Source: Podarcis pityusensis
Taxonomy: Eukaryota
Length of the DNA: 64,000 bases
Reading direction: 5' to 3' (one strand)
NCBI GenBank assembly: GCA_964106645.2
Contig: OZ067048.1
Shown: one piece after another, positions 32,963 through 46,724 of the stretch
Numbering within the stretch: the first letter of the stretch is position 1
Layout: every line of letters begins with the position of its first letter
The notes under the pieces: generated by a model
Database searches by the model: none
What the model saw: the letters and a program-made list of their open reading frames with translations, nothing else
What the model was told of the DNA's origin: nothing
Position numbers and translations under genes: made by a program

Positions 32963-33477
32963 CAGGGGCAGGGCGAACCACCCATAGGGATGGAACAGGG
33001 CGCTCGGCATTCCGTGCCGTCCCTATGGGCGCTGCACGCCCTGTGCCGTGTCGTCCCGTGCCGCCCCTATGCCACCGGGGGTATTTGCGTGATCGGTGGT
33101 CAGATTTTCACAATCGGCGAGTGGCGCTGGCACCCCCGGCTGCTCGGCGGGCAGTGCTTGCACCCCCGGCTGCCGCAGCTGGGAATGAAAGCACTGCCCA
33201 CCGGGGGTGCCAGGCAGCGCCGCCCGCTGATCATGGAAATCCGATTCCCAATCGCATAAAACCCGCTGGGGATGCGAGCGCTGCCTGCTGGGGGTGCCAG
33301 GCTGATCAGCAGGCGTATTTGCGCGATCAGCGGGCATATTTTCATGACAACGACCGCACCAATCACAAAAATCTGCCCACTGGGGGTGCGAGCGCCACCA
33401 TGCAGGTCCACTGGGGGGGCTGTGTCCCCCCCAGGCATAACACCCGGGGCGGACCTCATCCCCTTGCAAAGCCCCTG
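32963..33477. repeat. GC/CpG-rich element with internal direct and inverted repeats, probable non-autonomous DNA transposon
   Basis: CAGGGGC...GCCCCTG ends; repeated GGGGGTGC and TGCG(C/T)GATC units; no clear TSD. Confidence 0.45.
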
Positions 33478-33947
33478 GCTGCAGTTTGGGGGATGGGAGG
33501 GGGGAGAAGGTGGCAGAAAATCAGCGCATCCCCCCCCCCCACTTCCAATGAATCTCCCTCTATTTTTGTTTGCAGGTTGCTGAGCAATGCTGGGTTTCCC
33601 TTGATTATAAAGGCGGTTTGGCAAAAGTGCAAGACGGAGCTGGACCCAAGACAAGCTACCCGGGTCCCCAACACAAGTCACCCTGAATGGAAGGAAGGGT
33701 AGCAGTTCCAGGAAACAGGGCAGTTCTAGCTCCAGCCAAGACCCTCCTCAGTTTTGTGCAGTGTTAGAAACTCAAGATATATAAACTAGGCGCCAAATGG
33801 CTCCTTAAACCAGGGTTACAGTAGCCAAAATGGAAGGTCTAGTTGCCATTTTTGTGCCAGATGGCTCAAAAGTCGACTTTTTGGTTCCTGAAATTCATTC
33901 TGGTTGTGCAGATAAAACACAATGGATAGAATTCTACGGGATATGCA

Positions 33948-34090
33948 GAGCCAGGATAGCTCAGCTGGTTACAGCGTGGTCCTGATAACACCAAAGTTGC
34001 AGGTTTGATTGCTGCATGGGGCAGCTGCAAACTCCTGCATTGCGGGGGTTGAGCTGGATGATACTCGGGGTCCCTTTTTTGCAACTGGAT
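33948..34090 (+). mobile_element. tRNA(Ile)-like-head SINE with CR1-like tail
   Basis: TAGCTCAGCTGGTTACAGCGTGGTCCTGATAACACCAAAGTTGCAGGTTTGAT followed by CCTGCATTGCGGGGGTTG. Confidence 0.7.
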
Positions 34091-35963
34091 GGCTGATTCA
34101 GGGGGTCTGCAGGGGAACATGGGAATAAAAGAACGTCTTTGTTTTTTGCTGCTGCTGTTGCGCAGCCGGGCGAATCAGCTGCTATCCTGCAGACTCCCTG
34201 ATTCACCCAGCAGAAAGAAAAAAACAAAGAATAAATAAATAAATGTTGCATCTGTCTTTAAATATATAAATGGCTAAACATTCTGTTTTGGTACCTGCAA
34301 TCCAAATCCCAGGAGCCATTTGGCTCCTAGCCTGTGTATCCCAGTTTCTAACACTGCTATGAGGATGTGTTGTTTGTGTATGAAATAATCCAGACCCGAG
34401 GATCCCCAGGCAGGCACCTCCAGATGGTGGGGATGTCAGGCGCCATCCTGGCACCCGGGCATCTTCCTTTGGTCGCAAGCGGCTGATAGCCAGGTGCAAA
34501 AGGCGCCTGGTGGATTTTGATCGTTGGCCAGTGCCCACCTATTCCAGGACCCCGAGGTCCTGCTCCTGGTTCGCCCCTCCAGTTCAGACCCCTTAAAGGG
34601 TATATGCTGCAACAATATGCATTTTTACAAACTACCAATTCATTTTTAAAAAGGACAATGCACAATCAAGTCATTAAAACACCATATAATTATAAAATAA
34701 TAAAATGGAGAACAAATGACCAACCCCAAATCAAACTGATTCTGCAGAAAAAGCTTGGTGAGAAAGAAATGTTGTCATCTGGGGGCAAACTGCCCAACTG
34801 CAGGTGCCTGGCTGGCTGCAGGAGGAGTGACGATCCAGAGGGCAGGTGCAAAGCCCCCCATGTTGGCTGTGGGGGAGCTGGGGGGCCTCTGCAGGCGAGG
34901 GAGCAAGTGGCCCCTGCGGCTGGGAGGCAGCAGCCCCAGGACTGAGCAGGAAGGAACAGCGAGTCGCTCTGGAGTGACAGCCCTGCTGTCCAAGAGGAAG
35001 GGGGCCTGCCAGGAGCCCCGGCTGATAAGACCCTGCGGCAAAAAGGAGCCAGAAAAGTGGCTGGCGAGGATGACGGAGAAACCGCAGGAGGGAAGCGTGT
35101 GGCTCCAGGCTTCACTGGAAGAAGAGCCTGCAAGATCGGGCCAAAGGGGGCACTGAGTCCAGCTCCTGTTCTCATGGCCGCCAGCCAGGTCCCTTTGGGG
35201 GGAACCTGCAAGCAGGACTCGGGCACCAGAGCCCTCTCCCTGCCGCCTTCTGGCAGTCAGAAGCATTGGTGCCTCCGCCACGGAGGCTGAGAGGAGCCAA
35301 TGGGGCAAGGAGCCCAGGGAATGGAGGAGGCAGCCAGCCAACACGGATCCTGGCAAACTCCCCCCGACACTTCTTCCAGGGACCCCCGAGGCTGGGTCCC
35401 CTCTTTTCAAGGGCTCATCTGAACAGGAGGTCCTCTTCCACCCGAGGGGCAGGGACCAGGGACCCTCCTTGCTGGCTGCCTTCCAGGGCCCTCAAGGGCA
35501 CCAAATCTTGGCTCCGTAAGCCAAGGGGCACCTGGAGGCACGGTGAGAAACGCAAAGATAGAAGCTCAAACGATGCCTTCATCCTCAGTTACGGTCACCA
35601 CAGCTGTCTAGCTGCCTTTTCCCCCAGAGAGATTTATTATTATAGGTTTACAACACATTAAAACATCAAATAAAAGGATCCAGAATTAAAAAGGTGCCCA
35701 GGCATCTCCATGCCAGTCAGATGGTGGAGACGGCAGTTGCCCAACCTGGTGGCAGAACACCTTCGCTTGGTCGCAGCTGGACCCACACCGGACGAAAGAC
35801 GTGCCTGGCGCCCAGGAGATTTCAAACACTGCCTGAACTGCCTGCTGCACCTTAGACCAGGGGTCACCCACATGGCAACTGAGTGGATGCTGGTGCCCAC
35901 TTTCCCTGGTGACTACAATGTGCTCCCCTTTGCAGAAATTAAGCAGGAAAGAAACACGCTGTA

Positions 35964-36187
35964 CAGTGGTACCTCTGGTTAGGAACTTAATTCATTCCAG
36001 AGGTCCGTTCTTAAGCTGAAACCATTCTTATCCTGAGGCGTGCTTTCGCTAATGGGGCCTCCCGCTGCGCAATTTTCGTTTACATCCCGGGGCAAAGTTC
36101 GCAATCAGGAGACCTACTTCCGGGTTACCAGAGTTCGTAACCCAAAGCGTTTGTAACCCAAAGCACTCGTAACCAGAGGTACCACTC
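35964..36187. mobile_element. Tigger-like MITE
   Basis: TIRs CAGTGGTACCTCTGGTTA / TAACCAGAGGTACCACT, TA flanks. Confidence 0.85.
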
Positions 36188-36573
36188 TATTCCTAGCCAA
36201 CAGAACAGGGTGTGGTGTGCCTTCTGTTGTGGTGTTTGTGTGTGTGGTGCCCACCTGTGGCTTGCAGGTGGGGGACAGGAAGGTGGGCGAGCCTTGCCTT
36301 AGACTCAGCTGTCTAGACAAAGGTCTCCTGGTCAGGAATCCACCCCAGCTCCCTCCTGGGCTGGGTTAAACCAACCCTTCTGCCCACCTGATCTCCACCA
36401 GCCCAGCTGAGCACCTGAATAACCGCAGGATGTGGGCAGCTGCAGCCTGGCAAGGGAAGCCAACTGTCTGGGGGGTTGGCTGGCTCCTACCAGGACAGGG
36501 ACCCTCTGGGTTTGGGGAAGGGGCTGCTGACACCACCACCTGGGCAATAAAGGAACAGAGAAAGAGGTCTCCC

Positions 36574-36828
36574 AGCCAGTGTGGTGTAGTGTTTAAGAGC
36601 GGTAGTCTCCTAATCTGGGGAACCGGGTTCGCGTCTCCGCTCCTCCACCTGCAGCTGCTGGGTGACCTTGGGCCAGTCACACTTCTCTGAAGTCTCTCAG
36701 CCCCACTCACTTCACAGAGTGTTTGTTGTGGGGGAGGAAGGGAAAGGAGAATGTTAGCCGCTTTGAGACTCCTGAAGGGGAGTGAAAGGCGGGATATCAA
36801 ATCCAAACTCTTCTTCTTCTTCTTCTTC
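36574..36828 (+). mobile_element. tRNA-derived SINE (Squam3-like)
   Basis: GCCAGTGTGGTGTAGTG...GGTTCG head, (CTT)n tail. Confidence 0.85.
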
Positions 36829-39800
36829 CTTGTAGCTCCAAGGGACCAGATCCCCCCAGCCTGCCCAGCTCACCTCCTCTGTGGTGTCCCAGTGCCTAGA
36901 CCCAGGGAGCTTTATTCTGCCCTCTCCTAGGAAGCTGCTCCAAGCACCAGAGGGGCCCCTGCCAGGCCAGGAGGGAGGGAGGCACTCTCTCCCTCATGCA
37001 CTGGTCTCCCGCCCTGGCCAAAGTGGTCTCCCAGCTCCCAGAGGCCTTTGGGGGCCTGCTTTGGGTTCACCCACTTGCCCCCTGGCACCATGCCTCACTG
37101 GGCTGTGAACCGGCTCGTGAGCACCCAATTCTGAGCAGCACAAGCCCCCCCCCCAGCCAGGCCCAAAGTGTCTCACTTGGCTGCGCAGGTCTTGGCCAGC
37201 TGTGCTCCACCACTGGAAAGAAGCAGCTTCCGAGCCAAACGGGCCTCCCAGGGCCCTCAAGCACTGGCCCTCCTGCTGCCCCCGGGCTCCGCTCTGAGCA
37301 GTCTCTGCAGCCAGGATTCTGCCTGCCTCTGCCTGCCTGGGCACACAGCTCCTGCTGCTGCTTTGGGCTCCTCACCCCCTCCGCCTCCTTCCTCCTATCT
37401 CCTCCAGCCCATTTCCTGACCCGAGACCAGCGACCAGCCTGGCTCTCCCCTGGCCTGAGCCTCTTCCGCCCCCTTATGGCTCTCATCCTCTGCCAGGAAC
37501 TGAGCTCAGGGGCAGGAAAAGGTCCTGCCAGTGACCCCGGAGGCCCAGAGTCCGGCCTGCCGTGGCCCTGGGACAAGGCCAGGAGCACAGAGGGAGTCCC
37601 CAGGAAGGGAAGGATCCTTCAGAATTGGGTGCCATGCTTGTCCCATGTGGTTGGGCCATACGTGGTTGGGAGACTGTGGGAGCACACACAGAGGGTGTCC
37701 AGGCAGGGGGTGCAAGCCCCCAAGGCGGCTCAAGCTCCCCACACATGCCAGCTACGGGCCAAAGAAAATGCAGGGCTCCTCTTCTTCGTTCTCATCAAGG
37801 AAACGGACTCAGAAAGAGTTTGCCAGACGCTCCTTTTGCGGCTTCCGCTTTCCGTCTGCTGCTGCGCTGACTGTGGGGTTTGAGGACCTAGAACTTGCTA
37901 GCCATTCTGGGAGGCCGGTTGCCCCCTGAAGGCAGCGGATGGGAGTCAGCAGGCAGGCTCCAGCCTCACCCTCAGCGTTGCAGGCACAGGGAGTGGGCGG
38001 TGGGTGGGATTTTGCAAGAAGGGAGAGCAAAGGGAAACGATTCTGAAGCGGCAGAGGAAGCACGAGAAAGGCAGCAGGAGTGTTGCAGGGCCCCCAGCCA
38101 GGCAGGGGCTGCTCCTGGGGGCCAGCGCCCGCTCTGCCCTGGCCCCAGGGTGAAGGGGAGGCGCCAGCAGCAGCAGAAGCTGTACGTGGCCCTGGAGGCG
38201 GAGGCGGAGGCGGATGAGGAGCCCTCCCCTCCCCTCCACAGAAACATTCCAGGCCTGCATTCTTGAGCAACTCAGCAGTCCAGCGCCTGCAGAGGCCCAG
38301 GCTCCCCATTGGCTGACAGAGCCCATCAGGCAAGGGGAGGGTGCCCCCCCGCAGGCCAAGGAATGTCGGAAGCACCCTGGCAGAGGGCGGCACGTGTGGC
38401 ACAAAGGCACCAACCCCCCACCCATGCGTGCCACCAACCCCCCTTCCACCAAGGAAACAGGGAGAAGCAGACCATTCCAGGCACAAAGCAACGCTTGCGC
38501 CCCTCTGCACAGACCTCCTGCCACCCCCTGACTTTCTCCCCACGCTCGCCCTGGCTCTGTGGCCAATGGGGAGTCTGGGCTGGCAACCGGATCAGCCGCT
38601 GCCCTTTTGCCCAGGAAGTCTGCCAGCCGGGCTGCCCAAGCCCAGAGAGAGGCAGTGTGTGTATCCGCAGCCAGCGCAGGATGCCTCTTCCAACCGCCTC
38701 CAATTAGGGGCATTACTCAGCACATGCCGCCTCCGGAGGGATGGGATCCATGTCAAGAGCCAGCAGGAAAACCAGCCTTTCACAAGAGGAAGGAGGTCAC
38801 ATGTGGGCAGCATCACGGAGCTGAAAGGGGCCTGGGAGGCCACCCCACCCCGCCCAATTTGGTAAATCCAGAGCCAGGGTCCCCCGCTGCATGAAGACCC
38901 TCTGGCCAGTCAGGGCTTGTACCTTCAAGGGTCTTTGCCCTCTCCCCGATGAGGACAATGGCAAGAGCCCCTGGGATCTCTCTCCAGAAGAACAGCCAGG
39001 CGCCCCCTTCTCCCAGGGGGGCCTCGCCAAAGCCCCTTCGCCCTCTCCTGGCAGATGTTTGGGTCAGCCAGACTGTGTGGAAAAGAAGGCCCATCCAGGC
39101 CAGCCCTGCCCGGCTTCCCACAGCAGCCTCTCCTGGGGAGCTCAGGATCCAACCCTGGCTATTTGGCTGCCAACACCTGCTCATGGCAGGTAGAGTGTCT
39201 CCCCCCCCCCCGGTGGTCACAGAGGCTCTGTTTGCAACTAGCACTTCCAACTGGCATTAGTTTAAGCTGTGCATCTGCCCAACGGTTCTCCCAGGCTCCT
39301 TCTACTAATCCCCGCCTGGCGCCTGGTCTCTTGCCGAAGCTCTTCCTTCGCGGCCACCAGAGCTTCTTGCATCTACAAGATAAGTCGTCTTCTGACACAC
39401 ACAAGGCAGAGAGGAGAGGCCTGGGGCTGCCGTGTCAAAGGTCGTGCAGATCCCGGGAGGCAGAGGGGAGTTGGTGCCTCCCCAGTCATGCCCACGGGTG
39501 TCAGTGCCCATGCTCAGACAACCCAGAATCTCAAGACAGGAAGGTCCAGCGAGAGGCAGCAGCTAAACGTGGGGGAGGGGGCAGCCCCAGGCAGATGCTC
39601 TCCCAACTGCCCCCCTCAGCTGTGAGCTACCAGAGGCCCCTTGACAAGAGGCCCCAGAGGGAACGCTGTGAGGGGCTGGGCTCCTCAAAAGACCAGCCTA
39701 CCAGCCTGCTCCATGCTAGGATTGCTGCTCTGAGTCCCAAGGCACCAGGGACAGCCCTCCTGCTCTCAGGGCCCCAGCAGAGATGGAAGATGCGCAGGGA

Positions 39801-42800
39801 GAAATACCAGGCACCCTCCCCCCCCCCCATGCCTTGAAGCTTCGCCTGCAGATGCTGCAAGGTGAAGCAGAGAGGATCTTGTGAGAGACAGCGGGGGGGG
39901 GGGGCTGGCGGCCAGGCAAGTCCCCCAAACAGGAAAAAACACGTCCTTGCTGACAGGCAGCTGCAGAGGGGAGCCAGCTCCACGCTGTCTAAGGTGTCAC
40001 CCAAGAATGCAGGCCTGAGTCAAGGCCTTGGCTTCTCGGGCGGATCCAGGGCCAGGAAAGGACTCCTCAGGAGGAAAAGTCAGCCAGCAAAGCAGAGCTC
40101 TGGAGCCCATGCCAGGAGAGGCGTCCAGAATCTGCGACCAGAAGGTGCAAGTGGGGATGAGGCAAAGGCACAGAGGGGGAAAGGGCTCCCCACGGCTGCT
40201 GGTCCTGGTGGGGCGATTCCTGCCACCTCCAACAACCCAGCAACAAAGGTCTGACCCCCAGGAGCCAGAGCAGGATTGGGCCTTTGGGCTTTGCTTGTGG
40301 GCTTCCTCCTCAAGAGGCTCCTGGCAGGTCAGGGTGGGCAGGTGGGTGCTGGCCAGAGGTCCAATTCTGCTGCAGGGCTCTTCCTCATACGGAGGGGCCA
40401 ACAGAGAGCAGGATGGGAGCAGGGGGCCCCTGAGCAGGTCCGAGGAGCCACAAGGGGGGGGGCGGATGAGAATGGGAGCCTCCACAGGCTCCACACCAGA
40501 TGGTGAACCCCTGAAAGAAGATCAGGAGTGGGGGGGGAGACTCTGTACACTGAAAGAGAAGGAGCAGTTCCCAGAGAAAGAAACCCCATTGCTCTAGGGG
40601 GAGCCACAGAGAAGCAGCGCCGGATTGCAGGGGGCTGGACTAGATGCCCCGCCAGATCCCTCCTGACTCTACAATGCTATCATTCTGCGAGGGAGTCCCT
40701 GAGGGGACAGGGCTGTGCAGCCAAGGTCCCGCACCTCTGTAGCACCCCAAGTTCAAGTGGGTTGGCCCCTTCGCAAGCTGGCCTCCATGTGCCCCACGGT
40801 ACCCCAGCCACTCCTCCTCCCAGGCCTCCGGGGGAAGGCTTGACCCCAGGGCAGAAGACAAGCCCCCCCCCATCCTTCTCAACCAGCCCCCATCCTTTTG
40901 CCAGAGTTGGGAAGTCCCCCTCACCCCCATCCTCTCCCAAGCTCTCCAGGACTCAGGATCGCTGAGAAAGCCAAGCGTTCGCGGGTTCTGCTTGAGAGCA
41001 GGGCTCAAAATTAGCAGGGAGCCAGGTGCATTTTGCGCCTAAAGATGCTCCATTTGCGAGCATCTCAAAAGGTCTGGGTGCCATTTTTTGTGCCAGGCTG
41101 ACACTCAAGGATTACTGAAGTGTACATGATTTGAAGCCTCAATGGATATTTTAAGGACAGACAATATGTTAAGAGTAAGTGTTTTGAAAACTGAAGTACG
41201 GTACCAATATTTCTGTGGTAAACACCAAATTAAACATGTATTAACAATTTATACTATAAATGTAATATTAACAATGTCTTACTTATGTGAATTGTGTATT
41301 AATTCATGCTATATTGAAAGTATTATACGTGTTGGTAATGTGTATCAGTTTTTTGTTGACTGTTTTCTTTTCTTTTTGGAATTAATAAAGCATATTATAT
41401 ACATTCATGCTTATTCAAATAATAAAAAGTGTTGCCGCCCCGCCCCATGACGACTAGACATTGCGTTTTGGCATCCACAATCCAGGTCCCAGAAGCCATT
41501 TGGCTCCTAGCTTTTCTATCCCAGTTTCTAACGCTGCTTGGGAGGGCCCCCCCCCCGGAGGAGTGGGAGGGTCTTCTCTGCCCCACATCCAAGTCTCAGC
41601 GTCAGTGTTAGAAACTGAGATATAACATCCAGGAGCCAGGTGGCACCTTCAGTCTAGATTATAGTTTCCAGGACGATGGGTCTAGGCAGATTTTGCATAG
41701 CAAATGGTTTGTGTGCCTTGAGTTTTTGGTGCTGCGATGCACTGAAGATCAGCTGACTGGTGGGGCGTTGCAGCCGTGCCAGCCAGCCAGCCAGATGGAG
41801 ATGTCAGGTGCCAAACCTGGAGACCAGACATTGCCACTTTCTCGCAAAAGGTCGGTTGTCTGTCGTGAAACGCGCCTGGTGCCCAGCTAATTTCAAAGGC
41901 TGCTCAGAGCCTCCCCTCCCGATAGCAAGGGGGCTGACAGCACACTTGCCAATTGCCAGGAGGGGAACTTGATGCTCTATCAATCTCATTACCTTCTGCG
42001 CTCCGGCCTTTTCATCTTAAACTGTTTCTGGGACGTCATAATTGTTTTCAGCATCCTCTGTAAACTGCCCCAATAAGTGTTTTGTTTTGTTTTTTAATAG
42101 AAGGGCAGGTTATAAATACATTTAACAAGCAATCGGGATTGAAAGTAGCCACCAGCTTGGCTAGCCTTGAAAAGGGATCAGACACATGCATGGAGCAGAG
42201 TGTGACCCACAGCTAGGGACCACAAGAGCTCTGTTGTGCCTCCAGATGCTGGGATTGCAGGTTCCCCACTGGGGCATCTGGGCAGCCGGTGAGAACAGGA
42301 TGGTGGGCTAGCTGAGCCTTGGCCTGATCCAGCGCGGGGGGGGGGTGAGAAAGGGAGGTGCCTTTGGCTCATGGGGGGAGGCGGGGGGGCTGCTGCCCTC
42401 TCATGTCTCTTCCAATGGCTTTCCAATGGGGGGCTGGTTTGGGTTGCTGTTTCCTCCCTGGTGTCAATTCCCTGGTGGGGCAAACCATCCCTTTGAAGCT
42501 GTTTTCCAAGAGGGTCAAGCACAAGCTTTGTAAGGGAAAATGATGCGAAGGGAAAGAGCAGCCCCCTCCCCAGGGCGGGAGTCCTGATTCAATCTGCCCC
42601 CCCAAAAAAAACAACAACACACACACGTTTGCAGCTACTTCTAAAAAGAGTTTAGAGGCCCCTGCTCTCCAGGGACTTTTCAGTTTGGTTCTCACCCTGC
42701 AAGGTCAGTGTCTGGAGTGGGGGAACCATCCGAGACCCCAAGTGAGCTCCCCACAGCTGGCAGGGGGGCAGTGAAGGTCCACAGCAGAGGCAAGCCTGGA

Positions 42801-43708
42801 CTGAAGACCACCTTCTTCCCGTCCCCCTCTTAATGCGCCCAGTTTGTGCCAAGAGCGCTCTGGGCCCGGCTGGGTGCATTGGGAGAGTTTGCCCTGAGCT
42901 GCCAGGCCTGCAGAGGAAGAGGAGGAGGGAGGGGCTTGCAAGCCTCCCCCTCACAGCTGCGGGGGGGGGGACCTCTGCAAGGCCTGCTGTCTCTGCACAG
43001 GAAGTTGTGCAAAGCAGCGTGGTTAGCGCTCAGCTCAGCAAGCGGCTCTGCAGGCCTCTGGGGAGGTGGGGAGGCAGCCGCACAACCATCCCCTGCTTTG
43101 GCCAATGTATTGATGGGCCTTGTGCAATCTCTCGGCCTCACCAGCTCACCAGCAGGGGCCAAGTTCCTGCCAGAACTGCATGCACACACATTCACAATCT
43201 CTCACATGCACACGCTGGGATTTCTCGTGCAAAACACTCAGCACTCAGGCCTGACGGGAGCCTTTGGGAACCAGCAATTCTGTACACAGCCCAGGGAGGG
43301 CGCAGGGCAAGGCGGCTCAGCCGGCATCCTCCCCAGCCCCAGCCCAGCCCCCCTTGAGGTCCCTGTTTCCGCTCCCCACCCCCACTTGGGCCAGAAAGAG
43401 CAGGAAGAGGAACTTCAGGCTGGGAGGGAACAGCTCAGCCCCCCCCCACTTCCAAGTCACAGGCTTCTCCACTGAAGAGACCCCAAAATACTTTTCAAAA
43501 CCCCTAGTCATCTTTGCTCCAGCTCTAGTCAAGCTGCAGTCCCAGAAGGAAAACTCAGTGGAAAAAGAGTCGACAAACTTACTGTACTGGGAGGTGGAAA
43601 TCAGTGGCAGAAGCTCAGGTATATAATCTCATTGCCAAATGGCAGCTTAAACCTAGGCTGCTGTCGGTACAATGGAATGTATAGGTTCTGTTCCCCCCCC
43701 CCATGGGA

Positions 43709-43770
43709 TGTTGTTGTTGTTGTTGTTTAGCCGTTTAGTCGTGTCCGACTCTTCGTGACCCCATGGACTG
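43709..43770 (-). mobile_element. BovB (RTE) LINE 3' tail
   Basis: (GTT)n-TAGCCGTTTAGTCGTGTCCGACTCTTCGTGACCCCATGGAC. Confidence 0.8.
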
Positions 43771-46088
43771 GAGCTATTATTATTATTATTATTATTACTA
43801 CTACTACTAGTACCATTTCTATACCACTTTATATTTTAAAGAACAAATCTCAAAGCCATTTACAGCACATTAAAACATCAGATAAAACAATCCAGAATAA
43901 AACTAATTCAAGCTTCAAGGAAAAAATATTTCAGATCCTTCTCTAAGGAACGTTTTATTTTCCTTACTCACCAGCCTGGCATCCAGAGATCTCCATGCAG
44001 TCACAATGGGACCCACGCCAGACAAAAAATGCACCTGGCGCCTGGCTAATTTTGAACGCTGGTGGAAATAGCTGGTGAAAGCCTTCCCTACTTGGGTGCC
44101 CAGCAAAATGTCAACCCCATGGCCCTTCTCCACCTTCGTCACATCACTCAGCACATGATCACACAAGGGACTGCGCCCAACCCATCAGGCACAAGGAAAT
44201 GCTGGACGCCTCCCAGGCCTGACTCAAGACTTCTCAAGAAGCAGAATGCAACCCAGAGAACCTACAAGGCCACTGGGCCTCAGCGGAAGAGGCATCTGCA
44301 CCCCAAGATCCACACGCTGCACCAATGAGGCACCTCTCAAACAGGGGTGCCAACTTGAATAGAATATTGGGGGGCCCAGGTAAGCCCCACCCCACATAAT
44401 TGCATGCACGCACACCGTTTGAATGATGCAAGACCAGAGGGACCAATGGCCTGGTCCAAGAGCCTGGGAGTGACAGATTTGCAGGCGGAGGTTCAACCGG
44501 GCCCCACTCCTGCCCTCTTAGGAGCAAGTTGCTCCCTGGGAGCTCTCCTTGGTGCTGCAGCAGCCAACCTGCCTTGCTCCACCGGCTCCTCCTTGGGACC
44601 CGAGCAGCACACCGCCATGCTCTTGCAACTCACACATGAACTGGAGGGTTGGAAGGACTCCTGAGGGCCATCTAGTCCAACCCCCGGCAACACAGGAACC
44701 ACATTGAATGCCTATCAATGAAAGACCACAACTGAGTTGAGAAGGCAAGCAGGAGCACAGAGAGAGCCAAGATCCATCATTCTGGGCTTGGACAAGCCAT
44801 GCACTGACACAGGGCGACTCAAGGGAACTCAAACATGCATGAATGGGCACCCCAGGCAGCCACCGCCTTCTCTTCCACCCCCATCGCTGCCATCAGTGGA
44901 TCCTGAGTAGCCCAGCAACCAATCAGAACAAAGCACCAGCCGCCTGGAAGTCCCAGTATCGTCTTGAGCCCATGTCAGAGAATCTTCCATGGCAACGAAG
45001 GCAGCAGAGAAATCCCCGTCTCCATTTACCTGAGAGCAGGGCTGGCCAGGGGGGCCTTTCTGCATGGGCAGGTGGTATCACCCCCCCTCCGGCCCTTGCT
45101 TGCCATGCTGGCTGGGGCTGATGGAAGGGAGAGGGCGGTGAGCAGCACTTGCAGGGAATAACTCTCGCCAAACACCCACCCACACCAGGGAGGAATTTAT
45201 TGGTTCTGAGAGCCAGGATCTCCAGGGGGCTCCTGCGGCCAGTTTGCATCATGCTCTGCTGGCAAAGTAGCTTGAATTTAAGCCCCAGATTCAGAGGAAT
45301 GGGATCAGCAGTGATCCTCTTTAGAGGAAGAGATTTCAGCTCATGCAGCCTGCGGGTGTCGGTCAGTTGCTCCGAGGTTTCAGACCAGCCTTGAGTTCTG
45401 TCTGACCTGGTTGGTGAAAACCACAAGGCCGATCAGCCTGGGGCGGCAGAAGCTGCCAGGACCTATTTAAAAATTAAATGGTACCATTTCTTGCAAAGGA
45501 AGCAGGCATGAGACGTCCGCCCAAGCGATCCTGACTGGACTTGCTGCCCTCCTGGATAATTATTAGCCGGTCTTGGTCTTCAGCACTGCCATTTCCTAGC
45601 AAATTATCTGAGCAGGTTGTGGCAACTCAACTCTCGGCTTTCTAAAGGATTTGGGATCCAACTTATCCAAAGTCAGACCTGGCTTTGGAAAGGAGTTTTG
45701 GATGCTTTTGCTCAGAACTGGGCGGTTGGTTCTTCTGGATCTCTCCGTGGCCTTTGACGCCACTGACTCTAGACTGCTCAGGATGGGGACGGGAGGCAGA
45801 GCCTTGCGGAGGGTGCCAGCCTTCCTGATGGATGCTTGACCTCTGTCCGCTGCCCTAAAGGACTCCTCCGGGCTCCAATCCATCCTTTCTCCTCTCTGTA
45901 GAACACCAGGGAGACATTCTCCAGGGATGCCAGTCAGGGTTCAAAATTAGCCAGGTGCCTTTTGCGACTGGGGACTGTCAGAATGCGAGCACTTCGAGAA
46001 GTCTTGGGACTGGGACTCAAGAATAAAATTGCTGCAGCAGCTGCTGAGAGCATGGGAGGAGAAAGGCTCCCCCCCCCCCACTCCAGAG

Positions 46089-46724
46089 CAGGGTGGATTG
46101 ATTTAAATCAAATTGGTTTAAATCACGATTTAAATCACTAGTCAGTAAGACTTGATTTAAATCATTTTTTTACAGAAAAACTCATTCTTGCTGGTATAAT
46201 CTTAATATTTACAACCAGATGAAGGTTTCATTTTTGGAATAATAACATTTCAGAGTAGTTTGTACAGTTATATAAAAAATTGCTGATTTGGTTATACTAT
46301 TAGAAACACAAAGACAGGTGATTATGAAATTTTTGCTTATATTTGGGCAATTTTTCTGCTGTACTTTATTGGAAGGAGAAAAATAATCATTTCCTTAATA
46401 ACAATTTAAACAATTTATTTAACTAAAACAATAACATTATAGCATATGTATCCATGTTTGTTAACTGATGTGGTTAAACAATAAAAAAAAACTTTAGAGT
46501 GAGTTTTAGCACACATGAAAGACTTAAAACAAATCCTTATTTCCCGATGAATAGCCTTTTGACTATAATGTAACTTAAATGGAAAATTATCTTTAGAAAG
46601 ATTTTTCCTCCAAAAGCATTTTATTTTAAAAATCTGATTTAAATTTTAAAAATCCAATTCAAATTTTTTTTAAAAAAATATTTATTTATTTATTGGGAAA
46701 AATCATTGGTTTTTATCCACCCTG
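46089..46724. mobile_element. hAT non-autonomous element (AT-rich)
   Basis: TIRs CAGGGTGGAT / ATCCACCCTG; 8-bp TSD CTCCAGAG / CTCCCGAG. Confidence 0.85.

Noticed and set aside
33948-34025. tRNA-Ile-like sequence
   Set aside because: T-arm and acceptor stem are degenerate and it continues into a CR1-like tail, so it is a SINE head rather than a tRNA gene.
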